The notes beneath the pieces are model-generated. The model saw only the letters and a list, made by a program, of their open reading frames with translations. It did not search any database and was not told the origin of the DNA. Both the position numbers and the translations under genes were made by a program. A DNA stretch of 36,740 nt from Nitrospirota bacterium. Its GTDB lineage: Bacteria > Nitrospirota > UBA9217. How positions within the stretch are numbered: the first letter of the stretch is position 1; every line of letters begins with the position of its first letter. The stretch covers positions 1 through 36,740 of the forward strand of contig DASPSR010000059.1 in assembly GCA_035623825.1 (NCBI GenBank), given 5' to 3'. Of the stretch, positions 17,501 through 24,619 are shown one piece after another.

Positions 17501-19446
17501 TCTCTGCAGCCAAGCGCTCAGCTGAGCGCACCATCTCCAGGATCGCGCATCTTGACCGCTCATATGTATCATCATGGGAACGGATCAGAAATAATAGAAG
17601 CACCTTCGACGTTCTGGCTGCAGATGCTGCTCTCGACAGGATGACGGAAACACCTGTACCGACGGGGGAAATGGCGGGAATATTAAACACACCGATCCGC
17701 ATCCTTTCGATCGTCCGGCCCGTGGCCGACCTCTCTCCGCGTCCGAGGATTATTGATGGCGTTCTCAGCGAGCTCGTCTGGCGGCTTGACCCGTCTGACC
17801 TCGCCGGTCTCACGCGGGCATTGGCGCTTAAGGCAGCCAATAATGCCCAAGTCAGCGTCGATGTACTAATGCCCGGAGCGGCCAAGCATGAGTCGCTCCT
17901 CAGAATGGCTGCTGGTGTTCGCGCCAACAACCTGTACCGGCTGCCTATTGATCCTTTCGAAGGACCCGAAGTTTACGGACCGAGTATAAGGGATCTTGAG
18001 ATCCTGCAGCAGTATGATTGCATCATAACCGGCGCCGTTTGTTTGAACGGTGACCAGAGCCTCGGAGCCTATCTTGCCGGCAGTTTGAGGCGGCTCCACT
18101 ATCTGCAAGAACATATCATAACCAGACCGGACGGCGCCGGGTTGCGCAATGTGGCCTTGCCTGCGGTGGTCAGTGTCGCTGCTGCCGCTGCGGAGCCGAT
18201 TTTGAGCATGACCGAGGCTGTGGGTTCCACCTTCTCCCACATACGGGTAATGGAACCTGCCTACAAACCGGTTGCTCCGCCCTCTCGCTTCGAACTGCCT
18301 ACAGGGACTGAGGATGTCACGCGGACGGTCACCAACGCCGCTCAAGCTGCAGAATTTCTCAAAGCCTATGCGGCATCAGCAAGCGCAGCCGCTGTGGCGC
18401 AGGAATACAAGGGAGAACTCGTGCCGGGGGCCCTGTCATCCGGTAGCGCGGTCTGGGCAGTACTTGAACCGCAGGAGCTGAAGTCAAACCTGGCCGTTCT
18501 CCGCGCCTCAAAGCTCGCGGCGGACCTGACCAACAGGAAGGCGAATGCTGTAATCCCGGCGCCCCGAAAGACGTGGTCCATGCTTCTGGGGCTCGCTCAG
18601 GCACAGGGCAGCGAGCAGGCGTTCTGCATCGATACGCAGAACGGCAGGCTTTCGGACGATGGAAAGCACGAGTTAATCCGCACAGTGATGAAGGCATCGC
18701 ATTCAGCTGTCATCTTCGCGGGGACGGAGTGGTCAAAAGGTTTCGCCTACGCAGCGGGGGAATCAGATGCCACTGGCGCAAGACATCTGCTCTGCTCTGG
18801 AGCGATATCCGTGACAAAGAACACGGGTGGCTCGCTTGCTTTTTCGCTGCCGGCGTATGAGGGCAAGCTTGTGCGGCAACGCGTGCTGGACGGTGGATAC
18901 GGCTTCATCACCGTGGCCCCTGAGGCGGACTTTCCGGCGGCGACCGCAAGAAACGTCTTCATTGCGACGATGCTTGATTTCGCGATCAAAAAAGATTGGA
19001 TCATGCCTCTGCCGCCAATTGCGGCGCCGACGCTTCCACAAGCCGACGTGATCATCGATCTCGGTTACGGCATCAAGGACCGTTTGGGACTCGAGCTCGC
19101 GCAGGAACTTAAAAGAAAGCTGGAGGCACGCGGGCTCGCGCCGCTATTCGGCGCAACGCGCAAGGTGACCCAGGACCTGAAGCTCCTGCCGATCGAGATG
19201 CAGATAGGCCAGACCGGTGTCAGGGTAAATCCGAGGCTTATCATAGCACTCGGCATTTCCGGGGCTCCACAGCACATCGACTACATCGGCACGCGAGCCG
19301 AGATCCTCTGCTTCAACAAGGACACCGAAGCGCCGCTCATGAATTTGAACCAGACCCGCCTCGCGCCGCGAGTACACCCCATCGCGGGAGACCTGTTCGT
19401 GACCGTAAGAGAGCTCATCAGCAATCTTTCGCCGGCTGTGAGATAA
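11518..19446 (+). CDS. 2642-aa multidomain flavoprotein: FixC-like oxidoreductase, FixX-like ferredoxin, degenerate ACAD, ACAD, ETF-beta and ETF-alpha
   Basis: FixC-like: DVIIIGAGPAG, SAPFERRV, YTVLRPVYD, GGFLYTNRDSLSVG. FixX-like: CPARVY and CIKCESC. ACAD-1: RLQF, QVFGGFVY, RFYRD. ACAD-2: AFALTEPTAGSD, GAKMWITNG, GQRGSPT, RILTIYEGTNEVQR. ETF-beta-like: ILSIVRPVAD, LPAVVSV. ETF-alpha: GATR, QIGQTG, GISGAPQH, NKDTEAP, GDL. Confidence 0.9.
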   Translation: MHQYKFDVIIIGAGPAGVTAAGALAGTDLSVALLEAGVYAGAENWSGCVYFAESLAEKDCFGPEAVESAPFERRVVRRGTLMHNGLDVVGVEISDAHTFKNCYTVLRPVYDPYFANLASSKGAIHITGTTITSLIRKDGRVIGVDTNRGPLYADMTFIAEGDASHLVRSERLERIPEPHYLQGVKAVLSLRPEEIERRFMLKPGEGSAYELLIRNASIAGRTAKLNIGGFLYTNRDSLSVGYVVPLENVRNNYRGNHDDLFEWMRGLPYIKELAEGATLSAYGTKIIRSGGWNESPVLIEDGLAVGGASVGLGVDIPFPNYTGPASATGLYFARAARAILLHGRAPEAKNLAKEYLAPLCKSVYGENAEYLSAWPSYFSESKALFGRTADMACGAVHFLASGSVRKTGRFLRSHILSFRGLKESITDTMRAIGALKLWKPLVTAAINPVTISHWVLNLIKKAPADETKLGVILHIAGRNVDAAALPWPVGRLVKRLSPALRRALEQVYANNEQSVQKKFENALRTLVRGMMLTDLVIVPAFAIELFFIALGTAIWDAYRFYVLKTPVEKLLAEPVMSYNEAQKQARDLGSVKPTTTLEGKLASNTYRVGTTSHIRTLWPESIAAHPDMARAGLWWVCPARVYVYDAPVLGRGRVTINFENCIKCESCWRAEPLRVMWGRHTDHKLIYRPESAAINHLLESLQAVPVFETQAVKLPGTVDGDLSRLSADIVEACRTALQASAAFRDSIAKLPASADAGRREWPLRLGQRLGDKLAKLETALFSTGANGPAQQIQSAGKDIAIRIAEGGFYHALYCARRLEQQLKAWLRGYGEGGSSIPACPGTGISGYLSYEAVAKVFPDSVVKQWEEKPMSEDWAETLRQFIVEHRDAAQGTLRALSSVSPALGLIAAHQFSAISAMARSGVTPKPGVCAVNSDRLEVQESIDSTRIKGVLTFVPCAAIHALLVISRGKGHIVPLEAPGVLVTPTPSIGFRAAGLCDIALDCTVKKQAIIAREGEGVPDSASYLAIALGAGDYLCRRIKEHAAGRLQFPGQMLDTEGRDGIAKLGAVKGMIARTEAWRLLLETLYCAIENHGGCPDFDTLCLLCATVSSVAFSPEPHAMGYDAGQVFGGFVYSEDDLLSRFYRDSSLFRFLSPGLNASSRLYAALGSDELDRMIPSLGSLDIIRGEPLGPLASRLTAITRQCMSISDHADLALSGESKAIVLAIRGLLVSIEDGLKEGRSMEAAAAAADVLLDLAEEAIAKAEISSGRGSVSPSAVFPIEPAGNRMALDENYETFCTAPGAPHRSGSFLTTVFDRSPRFVPEIQLHDTRLRTRWSELAGWFKENCRDKKFDDLGIERYIEKIHRLPDDILNTVKESKWLATYIPESLDGLGWRKAEYYILNAAAGSFGDAAIDLLIMASTSIGTTPILLGLQDELPRVREELVPLVREASKLGEIGARIDKIIQSFANPDPAWIRKEYEAVTRLVDERIRRTRVVKYLAANFLRAFFGAGIAGKRGAFGDFMANLKHAGKLFAKLTPDVRAALDELPRRERCHRLFLRYLGHNAVSAFALTEPTAGSDSGGVKTTAKLLSARLTPLDDGRYSFNLPEGDGSGVRYLIDADRITFTDLGVAYQTTDGQSAVIRYDKYDYAADQGVRYYTHNGRECIFHDIGQVRQSDAGPLYEYYSLTGAKMWITNGSIATQFCLYAQTPEGVTGFMVDRHAEGLKVGADEKKTGQRGSPTNEISIDAVRVPREAVIGYEGHGQVNALETLNVGRCGLAVVSSALMRKLLHEAAAGVPPSPERDDLLGEAAAVLFGSESLAYYLVGLFDRTHESVRMESAIAKYICSEDIHELITLVERAYGPPGQTEKFLLEKARRDSRILTIYEGTNEVQRFLILKDLIAKAADWPELSGMHHDPASQALVEWKDRLRTRVKDAASLLGDTCWSDAMLQPAMFLLAEMAGEILRLECVLYRLEWITTRSSMLAQSSPDYSPLMLSAAKRSAERTISRIAHLDRSYVSSWERIRNNRSTFDVLAADAALDRMTETPVPTGEMAGILNTPIRILSIVRPVADLSPRPRIIDGVLSELVWRLDPSDLAGLTRALALKAANNAQVSVDVLMPGAAKHESLLRMAAGVRANNLYRLPIDPFEGPEVYGPSIRDLEILQQYDCIITGAVCLNGDQSLGAYLAGSLRRLHYLQEHIITRPDGAGLRNVALPAVVSVAAAAAEPILSMTEAVGSTFSHIRVMEPAYKPVAPPSRFELPTGTEDVTRTVTNAAQAAEFLKAYAASASAAAVAQEYKGELVPGALSSGSAVWAVLEPQELKSNLAVLRASKLAADLTNRKANAVIPAPRKTWSMLLGLAQAQGSEQAFCIDTQNGRLSDDGKHELIRTVMKASHSAVIFAGTEWSKGFAYAAGESDATGARHLLCSGAISVTKNTGGSLAFSLPAYEGKLVRQRVLDGGYGFITVAPEADFPAATARNVFIATMLDFAIKKDWIMPLPPIAAPTLPQADVIIDLGYGIKDRLGLELAQELKRKLEARGLAPLFGATRKVTQDLKLLPIEMQIGQTGVRVNPRLIIALGISGAPQHIDYIGTRAEILCFNKDTEAPLMNLNQTRLAPRVHPIAGDLFVTVRELISNLSPAVR

Positions 19447-19683
19447 GATATGCTCCAGATGAGAGATGGCGTGCTCAAGAATTCATTATGGATCACTTGG
19501 GCGCTTTCACCACTGCACGCCCGCTCTCCATGAAACAAAAAAATGTTAACATGTTCACAAAGGATAATGTTACCGCGTGCATCGATCTGACATAAATATT
19601 TGCAAGGGAAGTCAGGCGATTGAACAGTAGAGGCAATGCTGGGGCTATGGAATCAGCACGAAATATCGATTGAATGGAGACGG

Positions 19684-19860
19684 TTACGCCCGGTTGCAGG
19701 AACGGCGCGAAATCTTTTCCCACATCTCCTCGTTCATCTCATCTATGTAGTCCTTCACCGAAAAATCTTTGCCGCACGCCGTGCAGCGTAACGTCACCGT
19801 GCGTCAGCCGATTCGCAGCTCGACTTTCTTGCCGCATATCTTGCATTTCATCTTTTGCAT
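19684..19860 (-). CDS. Small dual-CxxC putative selenoprotein (in-frame TGA read as Sec19), 58 aa
   Basis: MQKMKCKICGKKVELRIG-TGA-RTVTLRCTACGKDFSVKDYIDEMNEEMWEKISRRSCNRA-TAA, with the TGA at 19806-19804 between two CxxC motifs. Not in the ORF track. The frame is also open up to GTG 19950, so the start is uncertain. Confidence 0.8.
19773..19803 (-). promoter_or_regulatory. Candidate bacterial SECIS stem-loop directly after the in-frame TGA
   Basis: CGCACG-GTG-ACGTTACGCTG-CAC-GG-CGTGCG: a perfect 6-bp outer stem plus an inner GTG/CAC helix. Confidence 0.5.
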
Positions 19861-19946
19861 AGGGCATGGAACAGAGGGTCGGGGCCCCCGGAGGAGTACT
19901 GATGAAAATCGATCAAGGCACCCTGACGTCTCGTCTGTGAGATGTA

Positions 19947-21719
19947 TCACTCCACAATATCCAGCTTGATCGACAACTCTCGGAGTTGCGCCAGGGTAAC
20001 GCGCGACGGGGCCTCGGTCATCAGGCAGACGGCTTTCTGCGTCTTCGGGAAAGCGATGACGTCGCGAATGGACTGAGCACCCGTCAGGATTGCCGTTAGC
20101 CGATCGAGTCCAAAGGCCAGCCCACCGTGCGGAGGTGCGCCAAACTCAAGCGCCTCGAGCAGGAACCCGAATTTCTTCCGCGCTTCCTCTTCGGCTATGT
20201 TCAGCAGGCCGAACATCTTGGACTGTATATCGGAACGGTGGATACGGATGCTTCCGCCGCCGATCTCCGAGCCATTCAACACGATATCATAGGCCCTGGC
20301 TCTGACTTTGAGGGGCTCCGTTTCCATGAATTGAAGGTCTTCTTCCTTGGGTGCGGTAAACGGATGGTGCATTGCGTCGTAACGCTTCTCATCGGGATTC
20401 CACTCCACGAGCGGGAAATCGGTGACCCAGAGAAAATTGAATTTACTTTCGTCAATGAGGTTCAGCTGCCTGGCAATGAGCAATCGCATGTAGCCGAGCG
20501 TTTCAGCGACGATCCTGGCGCTGTCAGCGATGAAAATCATAAGATCTCCCGGCTTTGCGCCGAGGCGCTCGGCAATAGTCTTGAGCTGGCCGTCCTTGAA
20601 GAACTTGGCGATTGGGGATTCGAAACCGGCGTCAGTGACCTTTATCCAAGCTAGGCCCTTTGCGCCGAAGACCTTTGCCTCGCTGGTGAGGCCATCCACA
20701 TCCTTGCGCGACAGGCGGGCCATGCCCGGCGCAGCGAAGCCCTTGACCTGGCCACCGAGTTCAACAGTCTGGAGGAAGACCTTGAAGTCCGATGCCTTCG
20801 CGATATCCGAGATGTCCTTAAGCTCAAGCCCGAAGCGCGTGTCCGGCTTGTCGGACCCGTACCGCTCCATAACGTCCTGATACGAATACCGAGGGAAAGG
20901 GAGGCTGAGATCTATCCCCTTGACTTCTTTCACGATGGCGGCGAGGAGCCGCTCCATAAGCGAGATGACGTCATCTTCTTCCACGAAGGACATCTCAAGG
21001 TCTATTTGGGTGAACTCAGGCTGGCGGTCGGCGCGAAGGTCTTCATCACGGAAACATTTGACGATCTGGTAATAGCGCTCGAACCCGGCAACCATGAGGA
21101 TCTGCTTAAAGAGCTGGGGCGATTGCGGGAGCGCGAAGAATAGGCCTGGATTCACCCTGCTCGGAACCAGATAGTCTCGCGCCCCTTCTGGCGTACTTTT
21201 GGTAAGGAAAGGGGTTTCCACATCGATGAAACCGTGGCTGTCGAGAAACCGCCGTACGGTCTGCGTAATCTTGTGACGAGTAATGAGGGTCTTTTGGAGA
21301 CTCGGGCGGCGCAGGTCCAGATACCGGTACTTGAGCCGCAAGTTCTCGGCCACGTCCGTCTCGTCCTCAATCATGAACGGCGGCGTCTTGGACTGGTTCA
21401 GGATCTCAAGGGCATTCACGAGAACTTCTATCTCTCCTGTGGGAAGATTGGGATTCACCGTATTGCCCGGTCGAGGGGCAACCTTTCCAGTGACCGCCAG
21501 CACGAACTCGCTCCGGATCTCACGCGCCTGCTTGTGTGCATCGGCTGACGATTCGGGATTAAAGACCACCTGCGTGATGCCGTCGCGGTCCCGAAGGTCG
21601 ACGAAAATGAGTCCACCGTGGTCTCTTCTCGTGTGCGCCCATCCCATTAAGGTCACGGTCGTGCCCACGTCCTTCTTAGTCAATGCACCGCACGTATGCG
21701 ACTTTTTGATTGGTCTCAC
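19947..21719 (-). CDS. aspS: Aspartate--tRNA ligase
   Basis: RRDHGGLIFVDLRD, LKYRYLDLRRP, STPEGARDYLVPSR, FRDEDLRADRQPEFTQID and GAPPHGGLAFGLDR. Confidence 0.98.
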   Translation of the reverse strand: MRPIKKSHTCGALTKKDVGTTVTLMGWAHTRRDHGGLIFVDLRDRDGITQVVFNPESSADAHKQAREIRSEFVLAVTGKVAPRPGNTVNPNLPTGEIEVLVNALEILNQSKTPPFMIEDETDVAENLRLKYRYLDLRRPSLQKTLITRHKITQTVRRFLDSHGFIDVETPFLTKSTPEGARDYLVPSRVNPGLFFALPQSPQLFKQILMVAGFERYYQIVKCFRDEDLRADRQPEFTQIDLEMSFVEEDDVISLMERLLAAIVKEVKGIDLSLPFPRYSYQDVMERYGSDKPDTRFGLELKDISDIAKASDFKVFLQTVELGGQVKGFAAPGMARLSRKDVDGLTSEAKVFGAKGLAWIKVTDAGFESPIAKFFKDGQLKTIAERLGAKPGDLMIFIADSARIVAETLGYMRLLIARQLNLIDESKFNFLWVTDFPLVEWNPDEKRYDAMHHPFTAPKEEDLQFMETEPLKVRARAYDIVLNGSEIGGGSIRIHRSDIQSKMFGLLNIAEEEARKKFGFLLEALEFGAPPHGGLAFGLDRLTAILTGAQSIRDVIAFPKTQKAVCLMTEAPSRVTLAQLRELSIKLDIVE

Positions 21720-21761
21720 GGGCTCCCTATCCCTTCTTGATCATGCCACAAAACAGGCTGG

Positions 21762-21791
21762 ATAATAGCACCTCGCACTGCATAAAGTCAA
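21762..21791 (-). promoter_or_regulatory. Putative sigma70 promoter of aspS
   Basis: TTGACT, 18-nt spacer, TATTAT with an extended TG. Confidence 0.55.
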
Positions 21792-22198
21792 GCGGCGGAT
21801 AAAATTTTGGCTAGAGTTTTATGATGAATACAGCCTCCTTTCCCGGGCTCGAAGAAGAATTCGACGACTTAACCAGCGCCGTAAAACTCGCTTCACGTCG
21901 AAAAATTACGGCTGCTTCATATAGGATGAATAATTCGCATCATCATTTCGATATGATCTCATAGGCGCGTCAGGTGGGAGCACAGACGAGGAGTAGGCAA
22001 AAGCGAAGATAAAAGTGAACCACAATAAAGGTGAAAATTTCGTTGCAGGATAGTCAAACGTCTTACCGTCTCTTCGGCGAGATGAAAGAAAGGCCACACG
22101 AAAGATATTTTAAGTCCGATCAGGAGGACCGTCCGGCGGAAAAATAAGGCGGTGCACATCCACAGCCCTTTCGGTTGCATCGGCCAGGAAAAACCGCC

Positions 22199-22372
22199 TT
22201 ATATAGCTTTCTCTTTCCAGCACTTGTCACACAACCACATCATGCCGCGAACCCTGCCTGTTGTGGTCATCATTTTCGCTGCCTGCATGGGCTTGCCGCA
22301 GCACTGCGGCACGTTGAGATTAACAGCGGTTTTCTTCGTGGCTGCCTTTGCGGTTTTGCTCAATTCTGCCAT
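22199..22372 (-). CDS. 57-aa small protein with CCGKPM...CDKC metal-binding-like motif
   Basis: MAELSKTAKAATKKTAVNLNVPQCCGKPMQAAKMMTTTGRVRGMMWLCDKCWKEKAI-TAA. GGGGGTG RBS and a promoter lie upstream. Below the ORF-track size cutoff. Confidence 0.7.
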   Translation of the reverse strand: MAELSKTAKAATKKTAVNLNVPQCCGKPMQAAKMMTTTGRVRGMMWLCDKCWKEKAI

Positions 22373-22411
22373 TATTTGTCACCCCCGTATCAAAATCAAG
22401 AAAACCCGTGC

Positions 22412-22439
22412 ATTTTAACCATAAATATGAAAATGTCAA
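22412..22439 (-). promoter_or_regulatory. Putative sigma70 promoter of the 57-aa ORF
   Basis: TTGACA, 16-nt spacer, TAAAAT. Confidence 0.55.
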
Positions 22440-22577
22440 GAAATTTTTCAAAAGAATCCCCTTGTTTGCACGGAACAGACGCATTCGGAGACCCCATCGA
22501 GGTGTGAAATGATCAAACGTTTATTATTTAAAATTGAAATTTTAGAATAATTCAATCGGGAAATAATAAAGATTATC

Positions 22578-22607
22578 TTGACTCCATTTGTTGACCTTTG
22601 GTATTAT
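22578..22607 (+). promoter_or_regulatory. Putative promoter of ccdA-merR
   Basis: TTGACT, 18-nt spacer, TATTAT with an extended TG. Confidence 0.5.
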
Positions 22608-22637
22608 ATCCCTTGAATTTCAGGGGGATTCAGTTTC

Positions 22638-23354
22638 ATGGACCTTTCTCAGGGCTTGACGCCTTATATTCTGTTTTACTCGCTCGCCATGGGCTTCATC
22701 TCATTCGCTTCTCCCTGCATTTTGCCCCTCATACCGTCCTATGTTTCATACATAACTGGGATAAGCTACGATGAATTAGTGAATCGTGAGTCATACAGAA
22801 AGAATTTGAACATTACCCTGCTCCACTCCCTGGCCTTTGTTTCCGGTTTTTCAATCATATTCGTTCTGCTGGGAGCAACGGCGAGCTTGGCGGGCGGTTT
22901 CCTGTCGCAGCATCTGGGCATCATTCGGGTCGTTGGCGGCGTGCTTATCATCATAATGGGCATTTTTGTCATGGATGCCGTGAACATCCCCTTCCTCCAG
23001 CGGGAGGCAAAGCTCCATCTCAAGATGCGGCCGGCGGGATATGCGGGTACAATTCTTGTCGGAATGATCTTCGGCGCGGGATGGACACCCTGTACCGGGC
23101 CGTTCCTTGGTTCGGTGTTGACGATAGCTATGACGACCGACACCCTTGGCAAGGGGATGGCACTGCTGTCGTTCTACTCGCTCGGACTCGGCATCCCCTT
23201 TATTCTGTCGGCGATAGCGATCAGCGCGTTCCTTTCTTCCTTCAGCAAGCTGCAAAGGCATTTCAAGGCCATCAAGATGGTGAGCGGGATCATACTGATC
23301 ATCATGGGTATTCTACTAATTACGGATAAGATGACGATGCTGATAATTCGGTAG
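22638..23354 (+). CDS. ccdA: Cytochrome c biogenesis / thiol-disulfide transporter CcdA
   Basis: SFASPCILPLIPSY and FGAGWTPCTGPFLG redox Cys motifs in a polytopic membrane protein. Confidence 0.93.
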   Translation: MDLSQGLTPYILFYSLAMGFISFASPCILPLIPSYVSYITGISYDELVNRESYRKNLNITLLHSLAFVSGFSIIFVLLGATASLAGGFLSQHLGIIRVVGGVLIIIMGIFVMDAVNIPFLQREAKLHLKMRPAGYAGTILVGMIFGAGWTPCTGPFLGSVLTIAMTTDTLGKGMALLSFYSLGLGIPFILSAIAISAFLSSFSKLQRHFKAIKMVSGIILIIMGILLITDKMTMLIIR

Positions 23355-23378
23355 ATTCCGAGGAGAATAATAAAACGT

Positions 23379-23798
23379 ATGATAGCAGATAGCCTGGATG
23401 TACTTAAAGACAAGGATGCGCCCCTCTACACGATGGGGGTTGCGGCAAAACTGGTCGGGACAACTGCACAGACATTGCGGTTGTACGAAAAGCATGGTTT
23501 GATTCTCCCGACTCGGGAGCGCAGGAACAGGCTGTATACTGAGAATGACATCAAATGGCTTCGCTGTATACGGGAGCTGATCCACACAAAAAAAATCAGT
23601 ATCGAAGGGATCAAAAAGCTCCTCGACTATGCTCCCTGCTGGGAAATCAAAGACTGCCCTGATGAGCGGAGGATGAATTGTACAGCCTTTACGGATAAAG
23701 GGAAACCGTGCTGGGAACTCACCCGATGCCGCAAGGATGAGGATTGCACGACTTGTGTGGTTTTCTTGAGAAACGGCAAAAAGGCAGCGAAGAAATAG
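23379..23798 (+). CDS. MerR-family (HspR-like) transcriptional regulator with Cys-rich C-terminal domain
   Basis: YTMGVAAKLVGTTAQTLRLYEKHGLILPTR...RLYT HTH, then PCWEIKDC...C...PCWELTRC....CTTC. Confidence 0.9.
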   Translation: MIADSLDVLKDKDAPLYTMGVAAKLVGTTAQTLRLYEKHGLILPTRERRNRLYTENDIKWLRCIRELIHTKKISIEGIKKLLDYAPCWEIKDCPDERRMNCTAFTDKGKPCWELTRCRKDEDCTTCVVFLRNGKKAAKK

Positions 23799-23854
23799 CA
23801 AGCACGAACAGCATGACAGTATCGATTTTAAGCATGCAAAATTGTCGTTGTTCC

Positions 23855-24529
23855 CTACGGATGTCCCTCCACCCACACCTCCCCATCGGGAGTTGTTTCC
23901 TTTTTCCATATTGGAGTGACTCTTTTTAATTCGTCGATGCAGAAACGGCAGGCTCGGAACGCCTCGTCACGATGCGTAGCCGCGACTGCGATCATCACGA
24001 TGTCTTCACTCACCGGCAAAGTCCCGATTCGGTGAATGATCGTCACCTCGATGACCCCAAAATCCCTGACGGCCTGCTCCCTGATCTCTTCCAGCGTCTT
24101 CTCTGCCATGCCGGGATAGTGTTCGAACTCGAGCTTTGCCACCCGCTTCCCCTGCGAGATATCCCGCGTTGTCCCTACGAATGTGACGATCGCACCGATG
24201 GAGGACGATGATTGTTTCAGCCTCTCTATCTCCCGATCAAGAGAGAATGGTCCTGTCTGTACTCGTATATTGCCGTGCGATTCATCCCCTCCGGAGAACG
24301 GCGGCATGATCGCCACCTCATCGCCATCGTGCAGGCGCGAATCCAGTTTAACGAACTCATGGTTTACCGAGACAATCACCCTTCCTGCGGACAGCATGTC
24401 CTCGAGCACAGGGTACTCTGCCGCAATGCCCGTGAGCAGTTCCGACACGGTCCCATGACCGGAGTTGATGAGCAGTTCGTCCCGGCCCGCCTTGTCCTTT
24501 AATATGGCGAAGAGTTTAACAGTGATCAT
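23855..24529 (-). CDS. Fused molybdopterin synthase MoaD-MoaE
   Basis: N-terminal ubiquitin-like MoaD (VKLFA...GDEVAIMPPFSGG), then MoaE (GAIVTFVGTTR, HRIG, HRDEAF, PIWKKE). Confidence 0.93.
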   Translation of the reverse strand: MITVKLFAILKDKAGRDELLINSGHGTVSELLTGIAAEYPVLEDMLSAGRVIVSVNHEFVKLDSRLHDGDEVAIMPPFSGGDESHGNIRVQTGPFSLDREIERLKQSSSSIGAIVTFVGTTRDISQGKRVAKLEFEHYPGMAEKTLEEIREQAVRDFGVIEVTIIHRIGTLPVSEDIVMIAVAATHRDEAFRACRFCIDELKRVTPIWKKETTPDGEVWVEGHP

Positions 24530-24619
24530 AATAGACGCCTCTTGAGTTCATGATGCCCCGTGAGTCCTTGAATGCACTGAGGCACGCATGAGTCCGCTGC
24601 TTGCAAAGCGTTGTGATGG

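Noticed and set aside
21800-22180. Short ORFs between aspS and the 57-aa gene
   Set aside because: No recognisable motifs or convincing RBS, and candidates conflict on both strands.
22150-22185. GCAACC-GAAA-GG resembling part of a c-di-GMP-I riboswitch
   Set aside because: The GACGCAAAGC junction and second helix are missing, and it lies 3' of a gene.
22561-22600. Possible Fur/PerR box or HspR HAIR site upstream of ccdA
   Set aside because: ATAAT-N4-ATTAT has the wrong spacing, and only one HAIR-like half-site is present.
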